From contig NC_133618.1 in NCBI RefSeq assembly GCF_048593235.1, positions 620,514,889 through 620,578,888 on the forward strand: a DNA stretch of 64,000 nt. Direction: 5' to 3'. The DNA comes from Sminthopsis crassicaudata (Eukaryota). The position numbers and the translations under genes were made by a program. Position 1 is the stretch's first letter, and each line of letters begins with the position of its first letter. The notes beneath the pieces are model-generated. The model did not search any database, was not told where the DNA came from, and saw only the letters and a list, made by a program, of their open reading frames with translations. Shown here piece after piece: positions 53,101 to 64,000 of the stretch.

Positions 53101-54405
53101 CAATTATGAATTAAACTCAAATTAAATGAAAGGATCTTCCTTAATTTACTTCTCCTATGTGATTATCCCAGTTTAGGCAGGATGCTCTCCTCACTGCTCT
53201 TGTTCTTCAGGTGAATTCCATTTTTGCTCATGTTGTTCCTCCACCTAAAATGTGCCTCCCCTTTCCCTTTCAATCTTCCAGGTCCAGCTCAGACACATCA
53301 TTTATAGACTGAACTCCAAATTCCAGAACCTTGTTAAATCCAGTCTTGTCGCAAATCAATTAACAGCAATTTAAAAAAAATCCTATATTAAGCACCATGA
53401 TAAGTTCTGCAGATAGATATAGTTGTAAAGGGAACTTTCACACACACGTATGTCGTAGCTTCCTGCCACCTCTTGCCCCCTCTCCCACTAGATTGTGAGC
53501 TCTGCAAGTCCAGAGGCAGCAGAATGGAGCACCGGGCTGGACCAGCAGTGGGAAATAAAGACTTGTTAGGTTTGTTAGGTGAGAGGTAACTGTCGGCTCC
53601 CCGAAGGGAGGGACTTCTCATAGCACTTTCCCTAGTGCTAGGAGACATAGGAGACATTTAATAAATGCTTGCTGTATTGATTAAAAGTGGTGGAGTCTAG
53701 GAGAACATCCTCTGTGGACGTGTGACAGTTGGCAAGTGTGATAACAGCAGAGTTTGGGATCTGGGGTGTTCACATATTCATTCTGCTCAATTGGATGAGC
53801 TTGTGCAGGTTTCTGCACTTGAAAAATGAAGAAGCTACGATAGATAAATCCAATGTGTCTTTCAGTTCTTAAGGGTACGATCCTATGTCATTTAACCTGA
53901 GTGTTGTGCAAAATGGGACTCCCAATTCTCTTACCTTATAGAGCTGTTGCAGACATGTATGTACATTCCTTAATGTAAAAGGCTAATGGAATAAACCATT
54001 TTAATATCCCCTTAGTTCGGTTTCCAGATACAGGGAGAATCAAGCTGTTCATCTTGTTAGTGAAGTTCAAATAATTTCCTTTCCAAATATATTATCTTAT
54101 ACCTGTCAGTCACAGAGTACATTTGTCCTTATCTCAGCCTCGCAAGATAGAGCTTCCTGCACTTTCCCTACTGCTATTTGATTGCTCAGAGGAACTGAGC
54201 ATCTTTAGAATTTCACTTTTTCTCCTGCTGCATAAGTACAGAAGAATGGCCACGTGGGTTCCGGCAACTCGGGCTCCTCTAGGTATCAGTGGCCTTGTAG
54301 GATGTACTGTGGTTGGGTCTGGCTGGATCCTCTTGAAAGATTAGCCAGGGATGTTTTCATTAGTGCATATTCATAACTTTTGTCATTCATCAATCTGATG
54401 AAAAC

Positions 54406-56345
54406 TTTTTTGAACAATGTTTTCTTATCCTTCTTCCCCACACTAAACCTTTTCTATAGCAGAGGAAAAAAGTCTTGGTTTTGGAAATAGAGGAGTACCT
54501 CTGTTTAATTTTTGACTGTGCTAGCCCCTGAGCCTCTAAATTTGTTCAGCTCTAAATTCTCTAGGATAATGGATTTACCAAGATTCTTGTCCATATGGAC
54601 TTTTTAAAGCACAGCCTTTCCTATTCTCAACCTTCATCTTAATATTTGGGGATTTGGTAAATAACTTTCTCTTATCTGTGGCTTCTCTTTGCCACCAGCA
54701 GCAAATACAAAATCCTATGCACTTATTGAATTGGGTTGAAATCCAATATATTACAAATTTCAATTAAGTTTCTTCAGAGTCTTTGTCTTCCTGGGCCAAA
54801 AAATTTCCCTTTTGAACTGTGTCATTCTCTGGATCTCCTCTAGTTCCCATAAACCTTCTTGAAATTTCAGCACATATTACACAAGATTCCAGGGGCCGAT
54901 ATACCACAATTTTCTCCTTAGGTAAGAAAAAAAATCGATGTTATTTCCAAAATTCTTCTCTCCCAGGAAATTTATAAGAATTTTTTTTTAATTCAGAAAA
55001 TTGGTTTCTCTGTTTCTCTATGAAATTTTCTGACTTTAGTTTCCTAAACTTTCCCAAAACAAACAAACAAAAATCTTTCCTTTAATATCACGCTGAAGAT
55101 TTTAACAATATTCTTGCGTGTGGCTCTTTGTAAATCTAAATAGATTGCCAACACTGGCTCTTTCTATGGATATGCTTATTTATCTGGTAAGGTGAATCAG
55201 GCATAATTAATTTCCTATCCTTGATTTATATTATTGAACACTAAGGATTGCAGTTTTACTTGCTATTCTATATGCAAATTCTTTTAAGGACTAAATTAAT
55301 CGTACAAGTGGAAATCCTTTGACCGGATCCCAAAGCAATATCTCTGTATCTCTACTGTGCTTTAGTTCGGGCAGGCACTGCCTTAGGATGCTTGGCATTC
55401 TGGCATGGACATTTTTTTGAACAACGTTCTCTTATCCTTCTTCCCCACCACTAACTCTTTTCTACAGCAGAGTTCTTGGGTTTGGAAATAGAGGACCTCT
55501 GTTTAATTGTTGACTGTGCAAGTCCCTGAGCCTCTACATTTATTTATCTAGCCCTAATGGATTTATCAAGGTTCTGGTAGCCATTTCCCAAGGTTCTGAG
55601 AATTTTTCCAGCATGACAGAATTTACTCAATGGTTGAGGTCTGTGGGTAGAGTCTTTGCAATTCCAGGCTTTCTTCTGCTGAAGAAGAGAAATGATGGGC
55701 GCTTTTGAGTATTTAAAAGAGTGTTATGAAAAAGGGGCTAGATTTGTTTTTCTGGAAGTTATGAAACACATTTAGAATTGATGAAAGGAAGACATTCCTC
55801 ATGGCGAGCTATCCTGGAGTGGAGCGGGCTGGCCCCACAAGTTCTTTTCTTCTCGGGAGGTTTTCCAGCACGGGCGGGGCTTGCCATTTGGCAGATAAAG
55901 GGATTCTTGTTCAGGTAAGGCATGTGCTGTCCTAGATGGCTGCTAAGGTCCCTTCCAATTCTGAGGTTCAGGGAAACCCTAAGGAAGCCTAAGGAGCAGG
56001 ACTTAACTGTCCAACAGAAACCCCTCATAGTTTAGGTCCGAAATGAAAATCAAATTGATATTGCTCAAGCAACCCCTGAATTCTAGTATTTTAAAAATAT
56101 ATATATAAAGGGATCTCTGCTTTGTACCTGTTTGTTTACATGTCGTTGAATAGTAAATTCCTTGAGGGCAGGGCCTGCTTTTTGTTCTTTGGGCTCTCTC
56201 ATACTTGGCACTTAATATTTACTGAACTTATTGGATTAGACTGAAATCTAATACATTAAAAATTTCAGTCAGGTTCCTTCAGAGCATTTTCCTTCCTGGG
56301 CCAAAGAATTTCAATCTTTTTAGTTCTTTCGCGGTCCTTAGTCTT
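54406..56345 (-). mobile_element. Two tandem ancient CR1-clade 3' fragments (54406-55330 and 55413-56345); the second is interrupted by an L3 tail and a SINE
   Basis: Minus strand gives EPVLAIYLDLQRA (near 55150), RPLESCV and ELEEIQR (near 54890-54820), all CR1 RT-like. 54406-54587 matches 55413-55575, and 54721-54845 matches 56226-56345. Confidence 0.6.
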
Positions 56346-56379
56346 CCTCCTTCCCCTTCCCAAGTGCGTCCACCTCTGG

Positions 56380-57680
56380 ATTTCCGTTTTGTTCTTGAAT
56401 GAAAACAATAACACGATGCCGCTGTGGGGGGCTGACGAGCCCTGGCGCAGCCCGGTGCCCCGTCGGTCCTGGCCCAGCCTGGCCAGGGGCTTGCCATACC
56501 GCGCGATGCCCCAGCCTCCAACGGGCTTCAGGGCACGGATTGCGAGGCGGTGATGGCAGCCCCATCCAGCTCCTGCTGGGGTTTGTCCTCCGTGGCTGGT
56601 CGGCAGGGCCCTGGCCCGCCTGGTGACGCGGATTCCCGTCTCCGGGACCTCCTCCTTGGGGCCTAGACCTGCGGCTTCCCTGGCCTGGGCTCCGGGGCCC
56701 GGGTTGTCCCGCCCTGGCCGCCGCACGGGCCTCGCGAAGGGACTGGGACATCTGTGGAAGCGGACCCCAGGGAACTATCGTGGGAGGCCCGTTCCTGGTC
56801 ACTGGAAACCACGGGAGAGGCGGGGGTCCCACATCTGAGGTCCCCGCTCCTCATTTGTTCGTGGGTTCCAAAGGGGCCGTGTCTCGCCCAAATCCCGAAG
56901 TAACGCGGCAGGAAGCCGCCAGAGCCGCCCGGACTCTCCTCGGGCTGTGACTCGGAGGGGGGCAGGAAGGGGGGGCCACCGGAGCCGGCCCGGACTCTCC
57001 CCCGGCTGTGACTCGGAGCCCGGGGGGCCGCCGGCCGGGCCACATTCAGAAGGGGTGACGGGTGTCCGTGACTGAAAATAACCCAAGAGCAAGAAACGGG
57101 GCAGGAGGGCAGAGGAGCCCTGCGGGCGGGGCAGCTCCGGGCCACTGCTGGGGGTCCCGGGGAGGAGATCTCACAAAACCTCTGGTCCTTCCCTCCTCTC
57201 GGCCTCCCAGCGGCGCACGGATGGTCAAGGCCGCCCTCTTGTGGCGGGCCGGACAAACGGCGGGCCAGGAAGGACAGCTGGGGACGCTCCCCTCGGTCTG
57301 TGGGCCCTTTGTCCCTCCCGGGCGGCTCGCGCCTTCCACACTCGGGGTGGGGGAGGGGACGCTCGGGATTCCTGGGCATTGTCCCGGCGTCTCCCACAGG
57401 GGCCGAGTCTGGCCTGGGGCTGCGGATGGAGCCGGCCTCAAACGGCCGCAGCCGGAGGACCGGACAGCTCGGCCCGGGGAAGGGCTCAAAGCTGCACGGT
57501 CCGCGCCCCACGTCTCGTACACCGCGGGAGCGCGGAGAAGCAGAGTTTGGGAAGCGCGTGACTCAAGGAGAATCTGGGCCGGGGTCCCGGGAGGGAGCGA
57601 GGCTCGGCCCTGCTTCCCACTGAGCGCCCGGGCGCTCGGGCCTGTGTCCAGTCTGTGAAACAGCCCCCCCCTCCCCCGCT
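56380..57680. other. Orphan CpG island just beyond the NEO1 3' end
   Basis: Very high GC and CpG by inspection, with no coding 5' end nearby. Confidence 0.65.
57230..57245 (-). promoter_or_regulatory. Candidate CTCF site
   Basis: Minus strand GCCACAAGAGGGCGGC fits CCASYAGRKGGCR with one mismatch at position 5. Confidence 0.5.
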
Positions 57681-57699
57681 GTCCCTTCCAGCTCTGGTT

Positions 57700-60289
57700 A
57701 CATGAAAATGGGCAAAATTTAAAACAAGAACAATCATAAATTAGGCATCTGCTAAGAGTGACGCATCAGCTTTTTTTTTTTTTTTTTTTTAAAGAGGAAA
57801 GAGAAATTTAAAAAAAAAAGAACAAACTTTCCGACCAGACTAGAGTTTGATTGGATAAAAAAAGTGTATTGGATTTCCAATACTAAACAATAAACATGAA
57901 ACTGTTTTAAAAAACCATGGAGTATACAGCATATACTACAGAAAAACTGGGCGGGGGGGGGGGGAGAAAGAAAAAGAAAAGAAAAATGTGTACAGAAAGG
58001 AAGAATTCTACAGTCCTTCCGTCTCCTACATCAGATTAATAAATCAATATACAGACTTGTTTCAAGTTGTTCCGAAGAAAGCTGCTATTCCACAGCTTAG
58101 CCATCATCCTAGAACATATACAATGTTTCAGCTTCAAAATCACAGGATAATGTAAGAAAACGTATTAAATGGTGAAAAAAGCGTAGTACAGAATCTTCGC
58201 TAAGCGGAATAAAACATTTTTCGTTTTCTTGTTTAACTTTTAAAAAAACCCAACTTTGAGCAGTTGTTTAAAAATAGGCCGTCACTGAAAACGCGCCGCA
58301 CCTGGGCCCCTCCCAACGACCCCGAGGGATGGGACCCGGGCCGCCGTTCTGGGACCCCGGGCGGACCTGCAAGGCCTGGCCCTCTCCCACCCTCGCCCGA
58401 GCGGAGGGACGTGCCCTTCTCAACCTCGTGGCCCGTCGATGTTCCTGAACACGGTCGCTGGGCCGGAGATGGGGTCCAATGCCGTACTTTTCATTGCCTC
58501 CGGAGAATAGAGAGTTCATCGTTTAGAAAAGTGCACAAAAAATCCCGAAAATGAGGAAAACACAATCTTTTTACAAGGAAGTTTGGGACCCGAGCCGCCG
58601 GGTTGCGGGCTGTCCGCTGGGGGCCCGGGCCGGTGACCGGGCAGAGATGCGTCCACTGCCCTCACTCCCACCGGCTGAAGCGGGCGGGGCGGAGGGGCGG
58701 AGCGCGGCCGGGATGGGCCCGCCCGTGCAGCACCCCCTCTCCCGAGACTCGGAGGGAGCGCCCCGCGCTCAGTGCTTGATTTCACGGACACCCCCACGTC
58801 TGTTTTCCTTGATCGCGACACGGATGACGTGGCTGTTTCATGAGAAACTTCAGTTTTCCGGGGAAGACTTCTCTTCTCTGGACCTGGCTCCCGGGCGACG
58901 CCGCCTCCAGCTCCCGCCATCCCGCCCTCCTTTCCTCCGCCTGAGAGCCGCAGGTAAGACTTGGATCCCTGCGGGGGTCTGAGCGCTGGCAGCCGCCTGG
59001 GCTGAGGGGCTGGGCTCGACGCCTCCAATTATCTGAAAGGTATAAAAAATCAATGCTGGCCGAAAGCTGGGCGGGATCGAGGAGCCTCATCCTGGAGATG
59101 GACAAGGACATTTCTGGGAGTTTGCAGGTACGGAAAGCTTGGCCAGAACCCTGGAAGCGTCGCCACGGCACCGCCTCAGTCCTTCGAACGGTCCCAGCTT
59201 GGAAGCGCAGCCCGGGGTCTTCCACGAATCTCTGCCCAGGAGTTCTTGGCTGAAAAAGGGCACTGAACACGAGGGACCACTGTGGCGCAGCTGCCTGCAT
59301 CCCAAGGCCGGCCACGTGCCAGGAGCATTTCTTAACCACATTCAAACCAAACTGGCTGCAAAGGAGAACAAGAGGCTGGGATGTGACAAGAACGTTAAAA
59401 AAAAGCTCCAACTTCTGCAGATCCTGGAAGAGAGGACAAAACCGGAGCCGATCCTGGGGCCTCCTGTGGGCCCCTCCATGCCCTCCATTTCTTGCCCCCA
59501 CCCTCATCCCACCCCGCCCTCCCCGGCCTCCCCAATACTGAAACCGCACCAAAGTGACAAATCTTTCCGTGTTACATCTCATTCAAATAGATCTGTAATC
59601 TCACAGTGATGAGAGGAGAAAGTCAGGCCTTTAATAATTATAATAAAAAAATAATAATAATAAAAAAGCTTACAAATAGCAATGCAACATCCCTCCCACT
59701 GGCCCCCCTCCCTCCCAGGTGATGGACTGACTGTTGGCAGAGGACAGATTACTCGGAATAAAAAACAAACTCAGAACCCCCGGAACAAGCCACACTGTCA
59801 ATGATTTTCCATACACGAGAGAAACAAGCAGTCAAACGTCAGGCCAGGCTGTGGAGAACAACACTCTAATTTTTCTCTTTTTTGGATTACATAAAGGCTT
59901 TCCCTTAAAAAAAAAAAAGATAAAATAAGAAACAAATAAAATTGTACACAAATGCCAATGTCCGACACTCCACGAAGGGGGTGCGGCCGCAGCACTGAGA
60001 TGAAACCCGGTGGGGGTCTCCGTGAGCTTCCCCAGGACGCCCCGAGGGCGCGTGGCGCCCACTCCATGCGGCGGCGGCTTCGGGGGCAGAGGGCCCGAGT
60101 CTGCCCGGCCGTGGCTTCATCCACGCCGGCAGAGCAGGGGGTCCCTCGCGCCCGGCCCGGTGCCAAAGCCCCGGCCAGCGCGTCCCTGACCCCTGCGCCG
60201 ATGTGCTGTCCTCTCACTCTGTACAATTCCTTGTTTCCAAGGCCAAGTCCCGACTCGGGAGCGGGGTGAGTCCCGTCCTGCGCAGGCGC
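57700..60289 (-). other. NEO1: Probable NEO1 3'UTR (at least ~2.5 kb; end uncertain)
   Basis: Lies downstream of the stop on the minus strand, is free of recognisable repeats, and alternates U-rich blocks (57700-58270, 59560-59960) with GC-rich blocks. Confidence 0.6.
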
Positions 60290-60373
60290 TCACGCCGTGG
60301 TGATGGCATTAAGGTCCTTCATTAGTCCTTCCAGGTGCGCCATCTCTTTGGTCAGCTCATCCGGCTCGTAGCT
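60290..60373 (-). CDS. NEO1: NEO1 last coding exon (P3 motif) with stop codon
   Basis: Minus-strand ctctcccccag acceptor. Translates to [27 protein letters not shown] then TGA, the DCC/neogenin P3 helix. Confidence 0.96.
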
Positions 60374-60956
60374 CTGGGGGAGAGGGCATCGGGTCAGTCA
60401 CAGCCGCCCCCCTGAGGCCCAGAACCGCGCGTGCCCGACCCAGAGCCCCCTACTGGGGTGTGAGGGTCTCTGCCTTAAAGAACAGAAAATGCTACAAAGG
60501 GGCGAGGGGGGCGGAGAGGGACGGTCATTGGACAAGCCCCAGGGGAGGGGGATTTCAGTGGGGGAGAGGGGGGCAGAAGGCCAGTCCAAAAGTCTATGAA
60601 CAAAGGACGGGGCGGGAGCAGCCAGAGGCCGGTTCCACAGGAGGGAGTAATGTGTAGCAAGTTGGAAACTTGGGCTGGAGGTCACTTGGGAAGGTCTTTG
60701 AAGCTGAATAAAGGGGCTCCATATCCTACAGGCACAAGGAAGCTTCTTGAACAGGAAGTGACCCATCAGACACTTGCTCTAGGACGGAGGAGGAAGGCAA
60801 GGGTCTGGCTGAGGGGTGGGGGCGGCTAGAAGCCAGGGAGGTGGGAGGAAGGGCTGGAGATGCAGCCGCCACAGAGGAGCAAACAGAGATGGGGGGGGCA
60901 GAGAAAGAGCAGCACAAGGGGACAGAATGTGGTGACACCTCTAAAAGAAATGGGGA

Positions 60957-61088
60957 GGGGCCGCTCGGGGCGCAGTGGATGGAGCACCAGCCCTGAATTC
61001 AGGAGGACCCGAGTTCAAATCTTGTCTCAGACACTTAACACGTCCTAGCTGTGTGACCCTGGGCAAGTCACCTAACCCCAGCCTCAGT
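60957..61088 (+). mobile_element. WSINE1-type SINE in the last NEO1 intron
   Basis: gcgcagtggatggagcaccagccctgaattcaggaggacccgagttcaaatcttgtctcagacacttaacacgtcctagctgtgtgaccctgggcaagtcacc. Confidence 0.8.
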
Positions 61089-62039
61089 TTGATGAGGTCA
61101 AACTGTATGATTACTTTGTTAAAAAAAAGTTTCAGAAAAATGTTAAGAAACTGAGGACAAGCAACGGAACCCGATTCGTCCTGAAGTTCTCCTACCCTGC
61201 TCCCTTTCCTCAGCAACCTGAGAATCCCACCTCATCTGGGCTCGCTCCCCCGGGGAAACGGGGTCCTGGGGCTGCTCGGGGTGGGAGGAGCCGCAGGGCG
61301 CCCAGCCTGGCCATGACATCCCCCCCTTCTCCTACCCACACACTTGCTCGATCACCATAAACTGGCCAGAGCTCCTGCATCACTGCGGACAAAATCTTCT
61401 CCATGCCATTAAACAATCAAAAGTGTTTTCGAGCACCCTTAAGGACTGAAAATGAACCCACTCCAACAGGCTCGGGCACTCTGCCTGCAGCGGCTCGGCC
61501 CCTGAGCCTCCCCCTCCCCCTTCTGCCTTGGAAGAGGACGGGAAAATTCCGCGTAAATCCTGTGCTTGGCTCCCTCCCTTACTACCCCGCGACTGCGCGA
61601 GGTCACCAGACTCGGCCCACGGCCACACTGAAGGCTCAGCACTCAGTACCCAGCCCCTGAAGCACACGGATTGTGCCCAATGGGACTTTGTCTTTGTTCT
61701 GCTCAGTCCCAGCAGCTGGGACGGGAGTGCATCCTCCGCTGGGGGAGCGAGGGGCTCTGGAGCCCAGCAGCTGAGACCCCGGTGGCTGAGCAGTGCAGGC
61801 CCTGACCCACCCCCGGGGGGCCCTGAGGTCTCTCTGCCCTGATTGCCTCTAAGACGGGCACTGGGAAGTGGCCCCGCTCCCTCTGAGCCCTAATGCAGAG
61901 CCAGTGGCCAGACCCACATCAGTCCATCCTCTAGGGCTGGACTGGCGGGAACGCTCTCTCTCCAGCCCTCTCGTCCCTCTCCTAGCCCCAGGATCACGTC
62001 CACTGCCACTCGGACGCCTCCCACGCCATGTCCGGTGCT

Positions 62040-62720
62040 GTTTCGGTCCTGTCTGACTCTCTCTGACCCCGTCTGGGGAGGTTTTGGCAGAGATACTGGC
62101 GTGGTTACCATTTTCCTCTCCAGCTCATTTTACAGATGAGGAAACTGAGGCAAACACAGTGAAGTGACTGCCCAGAGGCACAGCCAGGCAGTCCCCTTCC
62201 CGTCCTCTCGGGCACGGGCACAGCCGCCCCCTGGGGCTCCTCAGTTGGCCTTCCCTCTGCTGCCTCTGAGAATCGAGCCTTTCTCGCCCTGCCTCTGTCC
62301 GAGGGCCTCCCCTGGCCCCAGGTCTCGGTGTCTCCCCCTCCTCAAAATGACCTTGTATTCCCTGCGTATTATTTCTACACGCTCCGCTCTCTCCCCCACA
62401 GAAGTAAGTTCTTGGAGTCAGGGTCACTTCTGTCTCCCTGGGACAGAGCCCGGCACCCAGCGGGGGCTGCAGCAAATGCTTGTTGGCTGACTGACGGATG
62501 GACTGGCGTTTCCTCACCTGCTGCAGATTTTCAACCACCACTGGCAATCCCAGCCCTAGCGCTCTCAGGCTGAGAACCTTCCGGGTCATTTATCTATTTT
62601 ACTTTCAGGGGAGGCAATCAGGGTTCAGGGACTTGCCAGGATCTCACGGCTAATGCACTGTCTGAGGCTGGATGTGAACTCCGGGGCTGGGGCGTTACCC
62701 GCTGCACCACCCGGCTCCCT
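62040..62720 (-). mobile_element. MAR1-type SINE split into two parts (62040-62170 and ~62600-62720)
   Basis: ttttggcagagatactggcgtggttaccattttcctctccagctcattttacagatgaggaaactgaggc, and later gcactgtctgaggctggatgtgaactcc. Confidence 0.6.
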
Positions 62721-63101
62721 GGGCCGCCTCTTTCCGCCACACAGTCCTGATGGCGCCCGCTCAGTCTCCCGCAGCAGAGACTCCGGCCGAAGCAGAACCG
62801 GCCCCTGGCCCTTTAGTCCTCGGGTTCGAGCCCCAAACTCAGGCACATTCCGCCCCCTCCCCCTGGTCACTGAGGGATGCAAATTCAGACTGAAGAATGA
62901 GTGGGGATGGCTCAGGGGAAGGGGGAGCAGGCAGCAGGAGGGAGACACGGACAGTGTCTGTGCCAGCTGCTGGACTGCCAGCTCAGCCCAAACTGCAGCC
63001 ACGGCCCCGTAGTGTCTGGGCAGATTCCCGGCGCCCTCACAGACTCAGTGCTGACGGAGCCGTGATACCACGTGGCAAGACTCTGAAGGCAAGTCACTTA
63101 C

Positions 63102-63238
63102 ACTCTCCGAGTCGTCCAGCATCCTGGTGGTCTCCTGCACGTCAGGGGCGCTGGGGACGATCACAGGCATAGGGGGCCGGCTTCTCCCCAACGTCCCGAT
63201 CGACGCCGTCTTCACCGAGTGAAGGTGATGGTTCGGAG
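63102..63238 (-). CDS. NEO1: NEO1 penultimate exon, 137 nt, phase 1/0
   Basis: Minus-strand ccttctcag acceptor and gtaagt donor. Translates to (A)[45 protein letters not shown]. Confidence 0.95.
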
Positions 63239-63507
63239 CTGAGAAGGAAAGTTTGCACTGTCAAGAATGTGCTTGGCCACGGCCTCTGCCACCAGTGGTT
63301 TGCTCAGATGGAGCCCCCCGAGGCACCGAACCAGGAGAGAAGGGGGCAGAGCTAATGCCAGAAGTGGGTCTGGGAGTTCAGGGGGACCAATTTTGTGTAA
63401 AAAATCCCCCCCCGCCCAGTGTGTGTGTGGTATGTGAGAGACAGAGGAAGGGGGGGGCAGGCTCCTCCATGAGCTCCTCCTCCCTCCCCGTAGCAGTCGC
63501 CCCTCAC

Positions 63508-63771
63508 CTTGCTGGGACAGCAGAGGTGTGCTGGGTAAGGCGGGGTCGTAGGCGGAGGGCCCGGGGGGCGGGACTGCTGGCACGGCGAAGCTCTTCAGCG
63601 GGTGGGAGGGGCGGACGTGGGCCGTGGGAAGGGTGGGGCCAGAGCCTTCTTCCTGGGCACTGGACAAATAGGAAGAGCTGGTGGCTCCCTCGGGGTCTGG
63701 GTGGTCAGTGCAGCATGTCTGAGACGAGGAAGCGGGCAAGGTGTCGGTGCTGGGGGTGTTCCGAACTGATT
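63508..63771 (-). CDS. NEO1: NEO1 third-last exon (cytoplasmic domain), 264 nt, phase 1/1
   Basis: Minus-strand tgcccacag acceptor and gtgagg donor. Translates to (E)[87 protein letters not shown], matching the neogenin intracellular domain. Confidence 0.95.
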
Positions 63772-64000
63772 CTGTGGGCAGAAAGGGAGAAACCCCAAAC
63801 CATTAGCAGTTCTTGAGCCCAAGAAGATGCCAGAGCTTAGCCTTTGGGCCCCTTCTAATGCCAGGCTGAGTCCAACCATTGGCCGACACTTTTCCCAACA
63901 AGGGAGGCATTAATGGCAAGCTGTTCTAGAAACAGCCCCGGCAGCACGAAGATCTGTTCCTACGGTTTCTTCTATTTCACCAAAATCTTATAAGTTCACT

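Noticed and set aside
58261-58277. E-box plus perfect MEF2 site TTAAAAATAG
   Set aside because: Lies in a U-rich NEO1 3'UTR block where such matches arise from base composition.
63212-63507. C-terminal part and start Met of the 175-aa minus ORF
   Set aside because: Homology stops at the gtgagg donor (63507). The apparent Met is a TTG (Leu) codon inside the exon, because the ORF track counts alternative starts.

Overview
Eukaryotic (marsupial) genomic DNA, not prokaryotic. The WSINE1, MAR1 and L1 3'-end repeats and an OC1-type hAT MITE point to an Australian dasyurid (recognised from memory, not database-checked). The window holds the 3' two-thirds of the pacemaker channel gene HCN4 on the + strand (exons 3-8, 11995-30948, all GT-AG and frame-consistent, ending in the SNL motif; probable poly(A) signal at 34896). 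It also holds the last three exons and 3'UTR of neogenin NEO1 on the - strand (63771 to 60290). The two genes lie tail-to-tail, as in human. The introns and the ~23 kb intergenic region are mostly L1, L2, CR1/L3, SINE and solo-LTR remnants plus several GC/CpG-rich islands, and there are four N gaps. I found no convincing new multi-gene system. The best leads are a horizontally acquired OC1 MITE, a strong cryptic acceptor in the last HCN4 intron that would give a truncated channel, weakened PKA motifs and altered pore-turret residues in HCN4, and several motif-dense non-repeat elements that may be enhancers or an insulator. Nearly all other ORFs in the supplied track are spurious.
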